Origin: Squalus acanthias | Taxonomy: Eukaryota | Direction of reading: 5' to 3' | Assembly: GCA_030390025.1 (NCBI GenBank) | Contig: CM059431.1 | Coordinates: 135,100,001-135,164,000, forward strand | Length of the DNA: 64,000 bases | Part shown: positions 63,495 through 64,000 of the stretch, piece by piece | Position numbering within the stretch: position 1 is the stretch's first letter | How the letters are laid out: the number at the start of each line of letters is the position of its first letter | Position numbers and translations under genes: made by a program | The notes under the pieces: model-generated | What the model was told of the DNA's origin: nothing | Database searches by the model: none | The model's input: only the letters and a program-made list of their open reading frames with translations

Positions 63495-64000
63495 AATATC
63501 TCCCTAATCAGCCAGACCCGTCCTTTGATTATCCTTTTACTATTTATGTGTGTGTAAAAGACTGTTGGGTTCCCTTTTTTTTTAGCTGCTAATCTATTCT
63601 CATACTCTGTCTTTGCCCCTCTTATTCCTTTTTTAGATCTGCCTTATACTTTTTACATTCAGCTTAGTTCTCTACTGTATTATGAACCTTACATTTGTCA
63701 TAAGGCTCCTTCTTCTGTCTCATTCGAATCTCTTTATCTTTTCTCCTCCAGGGGGCTCTAGTATTGGAGGCCCTTCCTTTCCCCTTCTGGAAATGTGTCT
63801 ATTTTGTACCCAAACCATTTCTTCTTTTCTTTCTTTCTCTATCTTTCCTGATTACCTTGCAGCCAGGAATATTAAGTTCCTAATCGTCCCGTTCTTTGAG
63901 CCTAGCCTCTGTTATTGCCATTATATCATTGTCCTATGTGGCGACTTGTGCCTGCAGCTGAACAACCTTATTTACCACACTCCGTGCATTCACGTACATG

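Larger units (their letters stand above)
61185..64000 (-). mobile_element. CR1 LINE fragments running off the window end, with MITE insertions
   Basis: Minus ORFs 61084-61398 (QRRFTRMVPG) and 62081-62323 (VDVVYMEFQKAFDKVPH). APE-like start near 64000. Confidence 0.9.

Overview
Eukaryotic, repeat-dense DNA. The HE1/V-SINE, HER1-type CR1 tails and Penelope-like repeats point to a cartilaginous fish (inference). No host protein-coding gene, rRNA, tRNA gene or CRISPR array could be supported. The long ORFs are transposon-derived and most short ORFs are antisense or off-frame shadows of them. Contents: many CR1 LINE copies (SGNH-esterase ORF1 plus APE-RT ORF2), one RTE LINE, one L2 fragment, Penelope-like remnants, SINEs, two ~1.6-kb solo LTRs with 4-bp TSDs, many PIF/Harbinger elements and MITEs (including one inserted inside another), a hAT MITE and a 47-bp minisatellite. 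Insertions nest up to three levels deep. The most notable observation is a second LINE family (copies at 14411-17525, 31618-34832, 56072-57992). It has no ORF1, carries a tRNA-like A/B-box head at its 5' end, and by manual scan has no TTTT run in the sense strand across the whole coding body. This suggests a protein-coding retrotransposon transcribed by RNA polymerase III. Boundaries with a stated TSD or TIR were read base by base; the others are approximate.
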